In this document: positions 25,951 through 35,550 of the stretch, one piece after another
Layout of the letters: each line of letters opens with the position of its first letter
Position numbering within the stretch: the stretch's first letter is position 1
Virus record (IMG/VR): IMGVR_UViG_3300023213_000238
Source of the DNA: a virus
Length of the DNA stretch: 64,000 nucleotides
Direction: 5' to 3' (one strand)
Made by a program: the position numbers and the translations under genes
Notes under the pieces: model-generated
The model's database searches: none
Seen by the model: only the letters and a program-made list of their open reading frames with translations
What the model was told of the DNA's origin: nothing

Positions 25951-26748
25951 TCAGATTTCTTCGAAATCAATACCGCCCACGGCTCGACCACCTTCAGCAT
26001 CTACGGCGGACCATTTCTCATCAGAATCGAGATCGAAGATCCACCACTGTCCATGCTCGAACTCGGCTGTAAAATTTCGATCCTCGCCGAGAATAGCATG
26101 TGCAGCGTCAAGAATATGCTCTTCCATTGCTGGCGTGTTCGTTTCTGTTTTCAATTTGCCGTAATCGGAATATCTCTCAGCCTTCCCCTCAAGTCGCTCG
26201 ATGATCCTACGAGCCTCCTCCTTGGAGGGGCCACCCATCACGCCGACCATCGCATCGGGCATCCGAAGCGTCTGGTGCGCGATCTTGAGTTGGTGCTGCT
26301 CCGGTGTCGTCAGCTCGCGCTTCCGCTTATGTCGCTCGCTCGAGCTGAGATAGCCAGGATGTGCAGAGTAGCCGCCCTCTTCCTCTTCTGACTCTTCCAT
26401 TTCCTCTTCGGCTTGTGCCTCGACCTTGTCTATGAATTTTTCCAGCTTCTCTTTGCTGGCGAACTCCTCCGTGTTGACGAAGCCTTGATCGCTCTCCTCC
26501 ATCGCGACCGCGTAGACGCCTTCGAGTTCAGGGAACTCAGCGCGGTCTTCCGCCTCAACCAGCACGATATCGACACCGCTATAGGTCTCGGTGGAGCCGA
26601 CGTTATCGGTGGTGCCGTCCATCACGTGCTCCCAGAGTGCCGGGGCATAGATTGGCTCGCCCTCAAACTTGCCAGGCGAGCGAATGGTCTCGTAGCCGTC
26701 GCTATCGGCGCGAGTCTGGTAGGATTTCTTTACCTCTTCGCGAGTCAT
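25951..26748 (-). CDS. acidic modular hypothetical protein
   Basis: Three segments separated by a poly-Glu tract and a YSDYG linker. Confidence 0.65.
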   Translation of the reverse strand: MTREEVKKSYQTRADSDGYETIRSPGKFEGEPIYAPALWEHVMDGTTDNVGSTETYSGVDIVLVEAEDRAEFPELEGVYAVAMEESDQGFVNTEEFASKEKLEKFIDKVEAQAEEEMEESEEEEGGYSAHPGYLSSSERHKRKRELTTPEQHQLKIAHQTLRMPDAMVGVMGGPSKEEARRIIERLEGKAERYSDYGKLKTETNTPAMEEHILDAAHAILGEDRNFTAEFEHGQWWIFDLDSDEKWSAVDAEGGRAVGGIDFEEI

Positions 26749-26752
26749 CGGA

Positions 26753-28309
26753 TTACCCCTTCGTCATCAGGTGAGCGTTGCCATGATCGGAAATGAACCA
26801 GACGTTCGGATAGAAGTGATTCTTTCCCATCCACTCCTCTAGCGCCCCCCACATATCATCGCCCTCTTCGAGCGTGACAACCAGCTCGCCGGCCGAATAG
26901 AAATGGATATGATCTTCGGTCGTGAGGTCCTCTTCATCCGGTTCATCCGGAACCCCCTCTTCCTCTTCCGATTCCTCTTGATGCTCACCTTCCCAGGCCT
27001 CAAAGAAGTCACCCCAGCTCGTGATCAACCACTCACCATTTTCGGTGTCGTAGAGGAGCGTCGTCGAGTACGTGTCGCCCATGTTCACATAGAGCGCGAT
27101 GATGTCGTAGTAGTACCGATCGACCTGATACCCCTCGCCGCGCACGGCCTCGACGCCGTAGCCACCGATAAACTCGTTGGCGTCGTCCAGCGCTTGATCG
27201 ATGTCCTCGTGGCTCTTCGCTTGGTCGATTGCTTTGATGATCTTTTTCGCATCCCCCTCAGACAACTTGAACGCCTCGCGAAGTGCTTTGACCGAAACTT
27301 CGCCACCCTTGCTCGTTTCATGCTCGCCCATTTGCCGTCCGATCCTCATGCGCGGAATCCACTTGTCACCAGAAGGAACGTACTCTGCGATCGTGAAGTG
27401 ACTTCCATCAGACCAGGCCTCTTCGATCCAGGCTTTCGCATCGCGACCGAGAGGCGGATGGCTCTTCAACCAATCCGCCAGAGTCACCTGCGCCTCTGCG
27501 AGATCGGCTGCCTCAACTGAAATCTTGTGACCGCCACTCGCGTAGGGCAGCATGTCGCGCGTTTTGTAATCGTCATCTTTGCCCTCAACGCGGTAGACGA
27601 CTTTCGCCCGACGCTTCGCACCGTAATCGCTCATCTGCCCACCCCGATCCTTAATGAATTGGTCTACTGCCTTCTCAGCATCGGCGCGATTCGGGAAGAA
27701 TCCAACATCAGTCATCGCCTCGCGCGAAAAAATTCGACCCTTTTCAGTGGCCGGGAAAAATTGAACGTACTCATCTTTGGGGCGATGAAGCATCACGAAT
27801 TGTCCGATTTCTGTATCGAGAACATCTCGAGGAAACCCGTGCTGACTTCTATGAGGACGCCATTTCGCGCCGAAGCCGCTCAACGCATGATACGGCCGAA
27901 CGTTACCGGCCCAGCCAGCGTCGTCCCTGCCATGCATCCGGATAGCTCTAGCGATCGCAGTTTGAGGGGTTTGAACTTTGCGGACAGTATAGGTGTAGAT
28001 CTTGCCGCTCGAGCGGGACTCGACGTCAACCTCATAATCCATCGTTTTGCGGATGTCGCTCATCTGCCCGCCCCTTTCCTGCATATCGTACAGACTATCT
28101 CGCAGCATCTTATCCGATGCCGTTCCTCGAGCAGAAGCAGCGGACATAATCTGTTCGCGTTGCTCGGCCGAGAGAGAAAGCAACCCTTTTCGCAGCGCCT
28201 TCTTGTAGTCACGCGAATCAGGCCAGTTCCAGTCACGTGCAAGTTGGAAAATGTCGCCCTGCAACGCAAGGTCGATCAAGCGCTGAACTTGCTCGTCGTA
28301 GAGACCCAT
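26753..28309 (-). CDS. acidic multi-module (polyvalent-like) protein
   Basis: Modules joined by GGQMSD twice, SGFGA, RQMGE; contains YVNMGDTYSTTLLYD. Confidence 0.7.
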   Translation of the reverse strand: MGLYDEQVQRLIDLALQGDIFQLARDWNWPDSRDYKKALRKGLLSLSAEQREQIMSAASARGTASDKMLRDSLYDMQERGGQMSDIRKTMDYEVDVESRSSGKIYTYTVRKVQTPQTAIARAIRMHGRDDAGWAGNVRPYHALSGFGAKWRPHRSQHGFPRDVLDTEIGQFVMLHRPKDEYVQFFPATEKGRIFSREAMTDVGFFPNRADAEKAVDQFIKDRGGQMSDYGAKRRAKVVYRVEGKDDDYKTRDMLPYASGGHKISVEAADLAEAQVTLADWLKSHPPLGRDAKAWIEEAWSDGSHFTIAEYVPSGDKWIPRMRIGRQMGEHETSKGGEVSVKALREAFKLSEGDAKKIIKAIDQAKSHEDIDQALDDANEFIGGYGVEAVRGEGYQVDRYYYDIIALYVNMGDTYSTTLLYDTENGEWLITSWGDFFEAWEGEHQEESEEEEGVPDEPDEEDLTTEDHIHFYSAGELVVTLEEGDDMWGALEEWMGKNHFYPNVWFISDHGNAHLMTKG

Positions 28310-28453
28310 TCTACCGCTTCCTATCGAGCTTCCACATGAAGCTAATCAGTACCAGACCTCCCGCGAGGAAGGCAAGGACGGGAATGACGAAAGGTGCTTT
28401 GCTGGGTGATGCAGGAGGAGCTTGTCCGTATTCGGCGATCATAGTGGGTAGCC

Positions 28454-28756
28454 TTGTTATGCGGCCTTAGCCGTTTCGATGCAACTTGGCATGATCCGTG
28501 CTACTTTCCCGCTGTGGGAGTACAGCTAGTCGAGTCCCGTGATCCGAAGGACCTTGCGGAGGTCGAGCGCTTCCGCAACGCACTGATGGACCTCATCGAA
28601 CGGGATTTCGGCAAGACCAGAGGGTCGATTCTCATCTTCGTTCTTCTCGACTTCGCTGCAAAGGCGATGTATGACGTCCGGCCGCGGACCGCCTATATGA
28701 ACCTTGCCGGCGCGATCTGGGACAACATCGCGAAGCACACGAAGACGCCATCATGA
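28454..28756 (+). CDS. hypothetical protein (start uncertain)
   Basis: Coupled to the next gene by ATGA. Confidence 0.45.
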   Translation: MLCGLSRFDATWHDPCYFPAVGVQLVESRDPKDLAEVERFRNALMDLIERDFGKTRGSILIFVLLDFAAKAMYDVRPRTAYMNLAGAIWDNIAKHTKTPS

Positions 28757-29289
28757 GATGGATCTTTGCAGCCCTCGCGATCGCCTCGACAGGCCCGAAA
28801 TCGTCGGCGGTCGTATTCGGCGATCCAGCGAGGGAATGTAAAACCAGCTGCGGACTCGTGCTCGTTGGCTCCGACGATTGCTCAGCGATCCAACAGTACG
28901 AGGACGCGGTACTCGCGAGCTATGCGAAGCACGTCAAAGGCTGGACAGTCGAGAAGGAATGCGGAGGGCTCCGCGACTATCGGATCTATGTCCTAGATGC
29001 GGATCCTCGCGGCCGATTTCACACGGGCGAAGAGATCTACTATGGCGTCACGTACAAGATTCCAGTCTTCCACGTCGATGGTGGTGTCGATCCCGCACCC
29101 GGTGGTTTGATCTTCCTCGGAACCGACAACTGGGAACAGTCTGCGCTCGCCCACGAGATCGGCCATGTGCTCGATGACGTCTACAGCGTTCCGAATTCCG
29201 GCGACCATCCGAAATGGACCTCGCGCGGCCTTTGCGCCGCTATCCGCGAGGTATCGAAGCTCGCCGAATGGTGCTTCTTCTACGACTAG
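28753..29289 (+). CDS. exported zincin-like metalloprotease
   Basis: Hydrophobic N-terminus; ALAHEIGH (HExxH) and a downstream His. Confidence 0.6.
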   Translation: MRWIFAALAIASTGPKSSAVVFGDPARECKTSCGLVLVGSDDCSAIQQYEDAVLASYAKHVKGWTVEKECGGLRDYRIYVLDADPRGRFHTGEEIYYGVTYKIPVFHVDGGVDPAPGGLIFLGTDNWEQSALAHEIGHVLDDVYSVPNSGDHPKWTSRGLCAAIREVSKLAEWCFFYD

Positions 29290-29297
29290 AGGAACTT

Positions 29298-29435
29298 GTG
29301 GGACATCGTTTCGGAGCGTGGATTCGCAAAGTCAACTGGTTGGTTTTCTGCAAACGGTGCGGTCTCGTCGCGCTCAAGAACGAGCGAACTAGAAAAGCGA
29401 TGCGAGCCCCGTGTCCGGCAGATGATCCGGATTAG
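29298..29435 (+). CDS. small Cys/His protein (45 aa)
   Basis: GAGGA SD; MGHRF..FCKRCG..CP. Confidence 0.45.
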   Translation: MGHRFGAWIRKVNWLVFCKRCGLVALKNERTRKAMRAPCPADDPD

Positions 29436-29436
29436 A

Positions 29437-29790
29437 TCACGGCTCGATCACGAGCGCCAGAAAACCCCACAGAACAGCATGCGGTAGATCGATGCAAGCA
29501 CCCTGACCGTAATCCCACGAGGGAGTACCCATCGCTCGATCGAGCTGGCAAGCTCCGTATTCGAGAGCGCTGAGACCGGCCGCATAGGTGCCGATGCGAA
29601 CGGGAGCTGGTAGCCGCTTGATCTTCGGAGCGCCGAGCACGACACCCACTGACCCGAGCCCGTAAACCGGCAGGAACGGGATCTTTCGCTCTTTGCCGAA
29701 TACGTGCGAGTAGCGCTCGCCGAAAAGAAGATTCTCGATCAGCCATCCGGAGAAGCCGCCAATCACGAATGCCGTGAGAACGTTGCGCAT
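29437..29790 (-). CDS. CmpB/TMEM229-like (putative ABC transporter type IV family) membrane protein
   Basis: FSGWLIEN..FLPVYGLG..LEY..WDY..LWG pattern. Confidence 0.7.
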   Translation of the reverse strand: MRNVLTAFVIGGFSGWLIENLLFGERYSHVFGKERKIPFLPVYGLGSVGVVLGAPKIKRLPAPVRIGTYAAGLSALEYGACQLDRAMGTPSWDYGQGACIDLPHAVLWGFLALVIEP

Positions 29791-29807
29791 GCCCCCATCC
29801 TAACGAA

Positions 29808-29851
29808 GAAGAGCGCCGGAATCGAACCGGCAGCTACCAACCAGGCTCCCC
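29808..29851 (-). ncRNA. miniature tRNA-like element (acceptor-like stem plus T-arm, no anticodon arm)
   Basis: GGGGAGC-CTGGTTGGTAGCT-GCCGG-TTCGATT-CCGGC-GCTCTTC in an intergenic region. Confidence 0.4.
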
Positions 29852-29956
29852 CGACCTACAACGCTGGATCAAGCGGAGGATACGCACCTCGCGCCGCACC
29901 TTATGCGTTGGCTCGCGTCGGCGTGCAGCACCCTAGCCGGTATGCCATCCCGGCAG

Positions 29957-31678
29957 CTAAGCGACCTCGGCCTCTTCCTCGTCGTCTCCGCCCTCGCCCT
30001 CATAGATACCGGCCTTTTCGCCTTCCTCTTCGAGCGCCGTCATGAGTGCTTGCGCGTAAGCTCCGTTTTGAGGACTCGCCGAGACCCACTCCTCACCAAG
30101 TCGATAGTTCAGAAGCTTGGAGGGTACGTTGCCGACAGCTTGCAGCTCGCGTGTCAAGGATGGATCTTGATGGACCAGAGCGGTGATGAACAGCTGCGCG
30201 ACAGCCCGTGGATCTTGATAGTTTCTGATCATGTACTCGAGCTGATCGATAACGGTAGGCTGTGGCGGTGCAGCCGGAGCAGCGTGCGGCGCGGCGGTTG
30301 CTCCGTTTGAATGGGGTGGCGGAGTTGGAGCCGGCGCGGCCTCTTTCGGTTGGTTGGCATTTCCGCCGGCACGGCCCGGCATGGCCGGGACGTAATCGAC
30401 AGGAGCGGATGGAGGTGCGGGGGCTGCTGCGGACGCGGCGGCTACTGCCGGAGCTGTCGGCGGCAGCTGAGCCGGCGCTGGATAGCCAGCGAACGCAGGC
30501 GCAGGCGCGGGTGCTCCGCCGCCACCTCCCCCACCTCTGACCTTGAACCCTTCCGCGAGCGCTTGAACGCCCTTCAGGACTTCCTTGAAGATCATCATCG
30601 AAGGATGGTCTTCCTTCTCCTCGCCGAGCGCTTCTGTGACTGCTCTCATCGCATGAACGGAGCCGCGGATGATACTGCTCTGCGCTTCTGCCACTTGAGC
30701 AAAATCGCCAAACGCATTCGCCTTCTGATCCGCGATTCGCTCGTTCATCTTGTCGAACTTGTCGAGAATCTTTTCCATCATGGGATCGACCTGTGGCCGA
30801 GCCATCATCGCCAGGATGAGTTGCTGGAATTCCTTCGCCTGCGCTTGCTGAGCCCGCAACGACTCGAGGCGAGTCTCGTTGTTGCTCTTCATGATCTCAG
30901 CAACCAGAGGCGAGATCGCACCGACAACCGCTGCGATAAGCTCACCAGCACTCGGCCCTTGCTTCTGAGGCGGTGCCTGCTGCGCGTTCTGAATCTTGAA
31001 CTCCAGCTCTCTGATCTGTCGCTGGTATTGCGAGAGCTGTGCCTCGTTTTCCCGCTTCAGTGATCGAAGCTCACGATCGCGGTCATCGCGATCCATCTGC
31101 CGCAGGCGTCCCTCGAGCTGCATCTTGAGCGACGCGATTTCTGGATCTGCTGAAATGGTGCTCGGGGGTGTCGAGCCACCTCCGGGATTACTCCCGTCAG
31201 GGTTGCTGCCACGCGCCCGATCCCCCGGAGCACCTCCGCCAGGTAGCGTTTGAAAATGAAGAGGTTGCCCGTAATCCTTTTCGGGCAAGGAATTCTCGGG
31301 CGCTTTGATGAAGATAGGTGGTCCTCGCCAATCCGGCGACTTCACGATCGCGGGATCGGCTGCGATACTGCGCCCATCAATGAAGTGCGTGAGGCGACCG
31401 ACTGGGACAACTCCGACGCCCTCGACGCCTGTCTGATCGTGATAGACGTCGATCTGATAGATAGGTCCCCCTCCCGCAAGCTGTGGAAGCCACTCCTCAG
31501 CGTTCGCGACATGAGAGAGCATCGCCCCATCAAGGGTCGCGACGTGAACGAGATAGCCACCCGAACCACTTTGTCGGCGAGCGATCTTGATCCGGAATGC
31601 GTTGGTCCACCCGCCCGCGACTTTGTCGCTGAGTTCCTTAAGGACTTCTTCGTTGCTCAACCTTTTCTGTTCGGCCAT
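29957..31678 (-). CDS. large coiled-coil, Pro/Ala-rich hypothetical protein
   Basis: 573 aa; globular ends, long heptad region, low-complexity linkers. Confidence 0.75.
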   Translation of the reverse strand: MAEQKRLSNEEVLKELSDKVAGGWTNAFRIKIARRQSGSGGYLVHVATLDGAMLSHVANAEEWLPQLAGGGPIYQIDVYHDQTGVEGVGVVPVGRLTHFIDGRSIAADPAIVKSPDWRGPPIFIKAPENSLPEKDYGQPLHFQTLPGGGAPGDRARGSNPDGSNPGGGSTPPSTISADPEIASLKMQLEGRLRQMDRDDRDRELRSLKRENEAQLSQYQRQIRELEFKIQNAQQAPPQKQGPSAGELIAAVVGAISPLVAEIMKSNNETRLESLRAQQAQAKEFQQLILAMMARPQVDPMMEKILDKFDKMNERIADQKANAFGDFAQVAEAQSSIIRGSVHAMRAVTEALGEEKEDHPSMMIFKEVLKGVQALAEGFKVRGGGGGGGAPAPAPAFAGYPAPAQLPPTAPAVAAASAAAPAPPSAPVDYVPAMPGRAGGNANQPKEAAPAPTPPPHSNGATAAPHAAPAAPPQPTVIDQLEYMIRNYQDPRAVAQLFITALVHQDPSLTRELQAVGNVPSKLLNYRLGEEWVSASPQNGAYAQALMTALEEEGEKAGIYEGEGGDDEEEAEVA

Positions 31679-31680
31679 GA

Positions 31681-32004
31681 CTAATTTCCTTTTTGTCCTT
31701 CGTCTTTGAAGAGCCCGGCAGCTCGAGCGATGTTATTCGCCACAGCCATCACGGCCGAAGGAACGAGCGCGAGTCCGCAGCTGCCCGCGATAACACGCCC
31801 CTGCTTATCGAACTCGGTACCGATGTAGAGCTTGCAGAGGCCGCGAATGCAACGAACCGAAGGCGCCTCGTACTCGGCTGTTGAGACCGCCCCCTCCACG
31901 GCAGTCTGTACCTTCGATGCTGGACCTTCCGCCATGATGCGCGCGGCGGTCAAGATCGGACAGATCGCCTCAGCGGCGAACTTCTTCTCTGGTAGAGCGG
32001 TCAT
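31681..32004 (-). CDS. Cys-containing hypothetical protein
   Basis: Start moved to MTALPEK (ATGA overlap). Confidence 0.55.
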   Translation of the reverse strand: MTALPEKKFAAEAICPILTAARIMAEGPASKVQTAVEGAVSTAEYEAPSVRCIRGLCKLYIGTEFDKQGRVIAGSCGLALVPSAVMAVANNIARAAGLFKDEGQKGN

Positions 32005-32369
32005 TTCTTTGAATCTCCGAGAAGGCCAGCAAACTTCGCCAGCAAAAGATTTGATCCCGCTGTGGCGAACCCGACGATAAGTGCATCGCGCCAAGGCGGA
32101 TTAGAGACTGGCGGGAGCTTCTCCATGATTCCAGTCATGAAGCCGATCCAGAAACCGAGGCAGGCCGGACATTCGATCAGCTCGAGAAGCAAACCGAACG
32201 GTCTCAGATAAACCTTCGGCCTCAATCGAGGTGTCGAAGGATGACTCTGGCATCGGAGAGCAACACGGTCGCGCACTGATTGCGTGATCGTCGAATGCCC
32301 GAGTACGTAGGCGAATCCGAAAGCCGCGAGAAAGTAGAGCGAATAGATGAAGACGTATGCGAGTTCCAT
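32001..32369 (-). CDS. DUF1360-like membrane protein
   Basis: TM, then LIECPACLGFWIG, then TM. Confidence 0.6.
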   Translation of the reverse strand: MELAYVFIYSLYFLAAFGFAYVLGHSTITQSVRDRVALRCQSHPSTPRLRPKVYLRPFGLLLELIECPACLGFWIGFMTGIMEKLPPVSNPPWRDALIVGFATAGSNLLLAKFAGLLGDSKK

Positions 32370-32579
32370 CAGAATCTCTTTCCAATGTTGAAACCGACGA
32401 GGAAAAGGATGCCGCAGGCAGCGACGTACAAAATGAGAAAGGCGATAGTCATCGGAGCCTGAAGTAGATACTGGGGAGTTCCAAGTGAACGACTGGACAA
32501 CCCTTAGCCTGCCAGCCGCGGAGCCAGCGCGCGAAGTTGAACTTCGATCGCTTCGATCGCTTCTGTTGCTTCCTTCGCT

Positions 32580-32903
32580 TCATAGCTTCTTCAACCAGCC
32601 TGGCCAGATGAAGAGAACCGTCCCGAGGGCGAGCCCGCTTCCTACACCAGCGAAAAAGAAATGCACGATCGACTGATTACCGGCCGCGACGCGCAAGTTG
32701 GCGTTGTCCGTCTCGAGATCGTGAACGTGCTTGCCGATCGCAAGTAGCTGCGGTCGAGAGACCCACCAGCCATCCGGCAGGACCTCGCCCGTCATGCTCA
32801 CCGCTCCCTTTACTTCAATGATGTCTGGTCGCAGTGGCGCATCCGCAGGCGGTTGCGTCACTTGTCCGAGAACAAGAGCCGCGATGAGAGCAGGCGCGAT
32901 CAT
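32580..32903 (-). CDS. exported/membrane protein with coiled coil (spanin-like candidate)
   Basis: Hydrophobic N-terminus, short coiled coil, C-terminal TM. Confidence 0.45.
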   Translation of the reverse strand: MIAPALIAALVLGQVTQPPADAPLRPDIIEVKGAVSMTGEVLPDGWWVSRPQLLAIGKHVHDLETDNANLRVAAGNQSIVHFFFAGVGSGLALGTVLFIWPGWLKKL

Positions 32904-33121
32904 GATTTCGACTCGTACTCCTCACGCGTCATGGGTGGAGAGATTTCGAGGTAGTAATACTTACCGGTCTCGAACTCCAACCCACGTTCGGTCGTAATCT
33001 CAATCTGCCCCCAAGTCCTCGAGCCCAGCACGTCGAAGGTTACCGTGGTCAAAATGGTTCCCTTCGTCGAGTACCCATCAATCTCTCTTTTGAGAGCCCT
33101 ACAAACGAGTTCGAACTTCAT
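32900..33121 (-). CDS. hypothetical protein
   Basis: 73-aa beta-rich ORF, ATGA overlap. Confidence 0.55.
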   Translation of the reverse strand: MKFELVCRALKREIDGYSTKGTILTTVTFDVLGSRTWGQIEITTERGLEFETGKYYYLEISPPMTREEYESKS

Positions 33122-33193
33122 CGTTGCCCCGAGAGTGACATCGTAGACTGAAGCATCGTTAGTGTACCTTAGCTACCCCTCTGATGCAGCTAT

Positions 33194-33550
33194 CTACGGG
33201 CTTTTTGCGATCTGGCGCAACTGATCGGCTGCCTGCTGATCCGTCGTCGGCGCGGGTGAGCTTGGCGCATCCGGATTCTGCCGCAGCACGGTCAACAGAT
33301 TGAAGAGAGAATTGAGAACGTTCTGCGCCGTTCCGGCTTTCTTCAATCCGCGGCTGAGTGAATAGCCAACGCTCGAGCCGGCCGCCATTGCGGTACCGAC
33401 CTGCGCGAGGGTGCTGTTTCCTTTGATTCCGCCATAGATGACGAGCCCGAGGCCCGCGAGGAAGTTGAGTGCCGAGAGCCAAAACTCGGTGGTCTTGTAG
33501 CCCGGATTGTCGTTGGTGCTTTGAGGTACTGCTGGTGATTGCGTTGCCAT
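33194..33550 (-). CDS. holin-like two-TM protein
   Basis: GYKTTEFW followed by two hydrophobic helices; GGAG SD. Confidence 0.5.
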   Translation of the reverse strand: MATQSPAVPQSTNDNPGYKTTEFWLSALNFLAGLGLVIYGGIKGNSTLAQVGTAMAAGSSVGYSLSRGLKKAGTAQNVLNSLFNLLTVLRQNPDAPSSPAPTTDQQAADQLRQIAKSP

Positions 33551-33568
33551 TGTGTTGCTCCTTGCGAG

Positions 33569-33943
33569 TTAGGGTGTGACTTCAGGATCGTAATTCGGAT
33601 CTGGATTGAAAACGACGCGGTGTTCCGTACGTGCGCGCTCCACAATCGGAAGTTCCATCGAAGCGATGGACTTCTCGTAGCGATCAGCCGCTTCTGCGAG
33701 TGCCCACTGATCTAGTGAATTGATCACGTCGATCGGTGCTTGGTTGACGCACTCCTTCACGCACAGCATACAGATCGCGACATCGGATCGCATCTCCGAT
33801 GCGAAACGCAGGAGATTAAGATCTCCTAAATCCACGCCGCAGAATGCGCACGACTTCGCGACCTCCGGTTTACCATTCCGGATTGCCACGTACAGTGACA
33901 GCCTTGGATCCTCTGGAACTTCTACTACGACTTTGCCTGCCAT
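33569..33943 (-). CDS. ClpX-type C4 zinc-finger protein
   Basis: SCAFCG..AICMLCV. Confidence 0.65.
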   Translation of the reverse strand: MAGKVVVEVPEDPRLSLYVAIRNGKPEVAKSCAFCGVDLGDLNLLRFASEMRSDVAICMLCVKECVNQAPIDVINSLDQWALAEAADRYEKSIASMELPIVERARTEHRVVFNPDPNYDPEVTP

Positions 33944-33947
33944 CGTT

Positions 33948-34370
33948 CTACTCCTCTCCTAGCGCCTTGCGCATGATCTGATCGAAACTTCCCCCCTGCC
34001 CCCACTTGCCCGGATTGCGTGCCTCGAAGTGAATGCCGAACGGGATCGCGGTATCAGGGATCTCATCCGGACAGAAATCCTGTGGATGCATCATGACCGG
34101 AGCATTCGACAGCGTACTCAACAGCTCGCAAATGCCGAGTGACGCCAACGCGTGCTCAACGTCAACCCCTTCGCCGTCCTCTGCTTCATGCGCATAGAGA
34201 ATGTTGGGATTGTCCGCCATTTGCGTGAAGGTGTGTCGCCACCGATTGAGAAGGAGCATTCCTTCTTTGTCCTGCGAGAGCTGACGGATGATCGCTCGCG
34301 CGGCGTCCATGTTCCAGTGCTTACACAGGGAGCACGACGCGACGATCTCTTGATGTTGCTGCTCGGCCAT
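33948..34370 (-). CDS. Cys4 hypothetical protein, paralogue 1
   Basis: CSLCKHWN..GICE..FCP. Confidence 0.65.
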   Translation of the reverse strand: MAEQQHQEIVASCSLCKHWNMDAARAIIRQLSQDKEGMLLLNRWRHTFTQMADNPNILYAHEAEDGEGVDVEHALASLGICELLSTLSNAPVMMHPQDFCPDEIPDTAIPFGIHFEARNPGKWGQGGSFDQIMRKALGEE

Positions 34371-34531
34371 TAGTAGCGCATACCTCCTTCTCTTCTGGCT
34401 CGCTTATCCAGAGCTTTCTGTAGTAAACGCCGTAGCTGTCGAATGCGGGCATTAAGTTTGCCTCTCGTACTTCTAGGCGGTCCTACGTCGACCCATCGGC
34501 CGAAGCGGCTTCTGGTGCTCTTTCTCTTCAC
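34370..34531 (-). CDS. small basic protein (53 aa)
   Basis: GTGA and TAATG overlaps on both sides; not in ORF track. Confidence 0.5.
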   Translation of the reverse strand: MKRKSTRSRFGRWVDVGPPRSTRGKLNARIRQLRRLLQKALDKRARREGGMRY

Positions 34532-35118
34532 GACTTTCCTAGTGCGGCGTGCATCACGCTATCAAAAGCCATAGAGCCGAATTTCTCCATGTCAAGGTCG
34601 CGCGGCGCGAAATTGTCTCCGAACGGAACCGGCGGGTTCGTCTCGGGTACAACGGTCGGGCAGAAGGCCTGCGGATAGGTCACCATCGGAGCGCCGGCTG
34701 CCTCACTCAGCGGCTCACAGATGCCGCAAGCCAGAAGCGCCATGTTGATCGAGGCTCGATCTTCAGGGTTGACGTTCGAGGTCGCGACGAGCGCGTGACG
34801 CCAGCGCTCGAGGTGTTGATTCCCCTCTTTACTCTGGGACATCTTCGAGAGCCACGCATGCCAGGCTCGTTGATTCCAGTGCTTGCATCCGAAACAGTTG
34901 GCGCGGACCCCGTGCGCAAGATCGATCGCCGGCATCTCGATCGAGATCGACTGATCGAAGGCGCCCAGCGGACGGCCCATCTGATCGGTCATCTGAGCCA
35001 TCTCGCCGCCGATTACGAGCCGGCGCTCAGCGGGTCTTTCTTCCGGTTCGAGTTTGTCTCCCGTCTCCGGGTTGTGCTCGATCGGCAGGACCTTCAGTTG
35101 ATCGTCCTTGATATCCAT
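34528..35118 (-). CDS. Cys4 hypothetical protein, paralogue 2
   Basis: CFGCKHWN..GICE..FCP. Confidence 0.65.
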   Translation of the reverse strand: MDIKDDQLKVLPIEHNPETGDKLEPEERPAERRLVIGGEMAQMTDQMGRPLGAFDQSISIEMPAIDLAHGVRANCFGCKHWNQRAWHAWLSKMSQSKEGNQHLERWRHALVATSNVNPEDRASINMALLACGICEPLSEAAGAPMVTYPQAFCPTVVPETNPPVPFGDNFAPRDLDMEKFGSMAFDSVMHAALGKS

Positions 35119-35507
35119 CAGACTGGTTCGCTGATCACGTCCAGCATGAGAGTTGTCGATTCTCGGAGTGAAACACCGAGAATGCTAACCGAGACGACGT
35201 CGCTCCAGGAGATCGGGACGGGACGTGGTCCAAGAGTTTCCTGAAATTCTGCCTTCGGATCAGCAAAAGTCGATCCCTCGTCGGCTTCGAATGGGAGTGC
35301 ACCCGAGAAATGTCGCGTACCGTTGACGAGCAACTCTATCGGCGCGTCACATCGCATCTTCAGGATGCGGAAGTTCCGGGACTCGCCACCGACGAGATCA
35401 CCGAAGTTGCCGCGGTGGATTAGCTTCTCTTTTTCTGTCCCGCGGTTCTCGAAGACATCGTACTTGCTCGAGTCGACAGGGATGATCACCACCAAAGTTT
35501 CGTTCAT
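35118..35507 (-). CDS. hypothetical protein
   Basis: GGAG SD; TGATG overlap downstream. Confidence 0.6.
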   Translation of the reverse strand: MNETLVVIIPVDSSKYDVFENRGTEKEKLIHRGNFGDLVGGESRNFRILKMRCDAPIELLVNGTRHFSGALPFEADEGSTFADPKAEFQETLGPRPVPISWSDVVSVSILGVSLRESTTLMLDVISEPV

Positions 35508-35550
35508 CGGTCTCTCCTATCAGGGTTGAACTGCTCGATCAAAAATTCGA

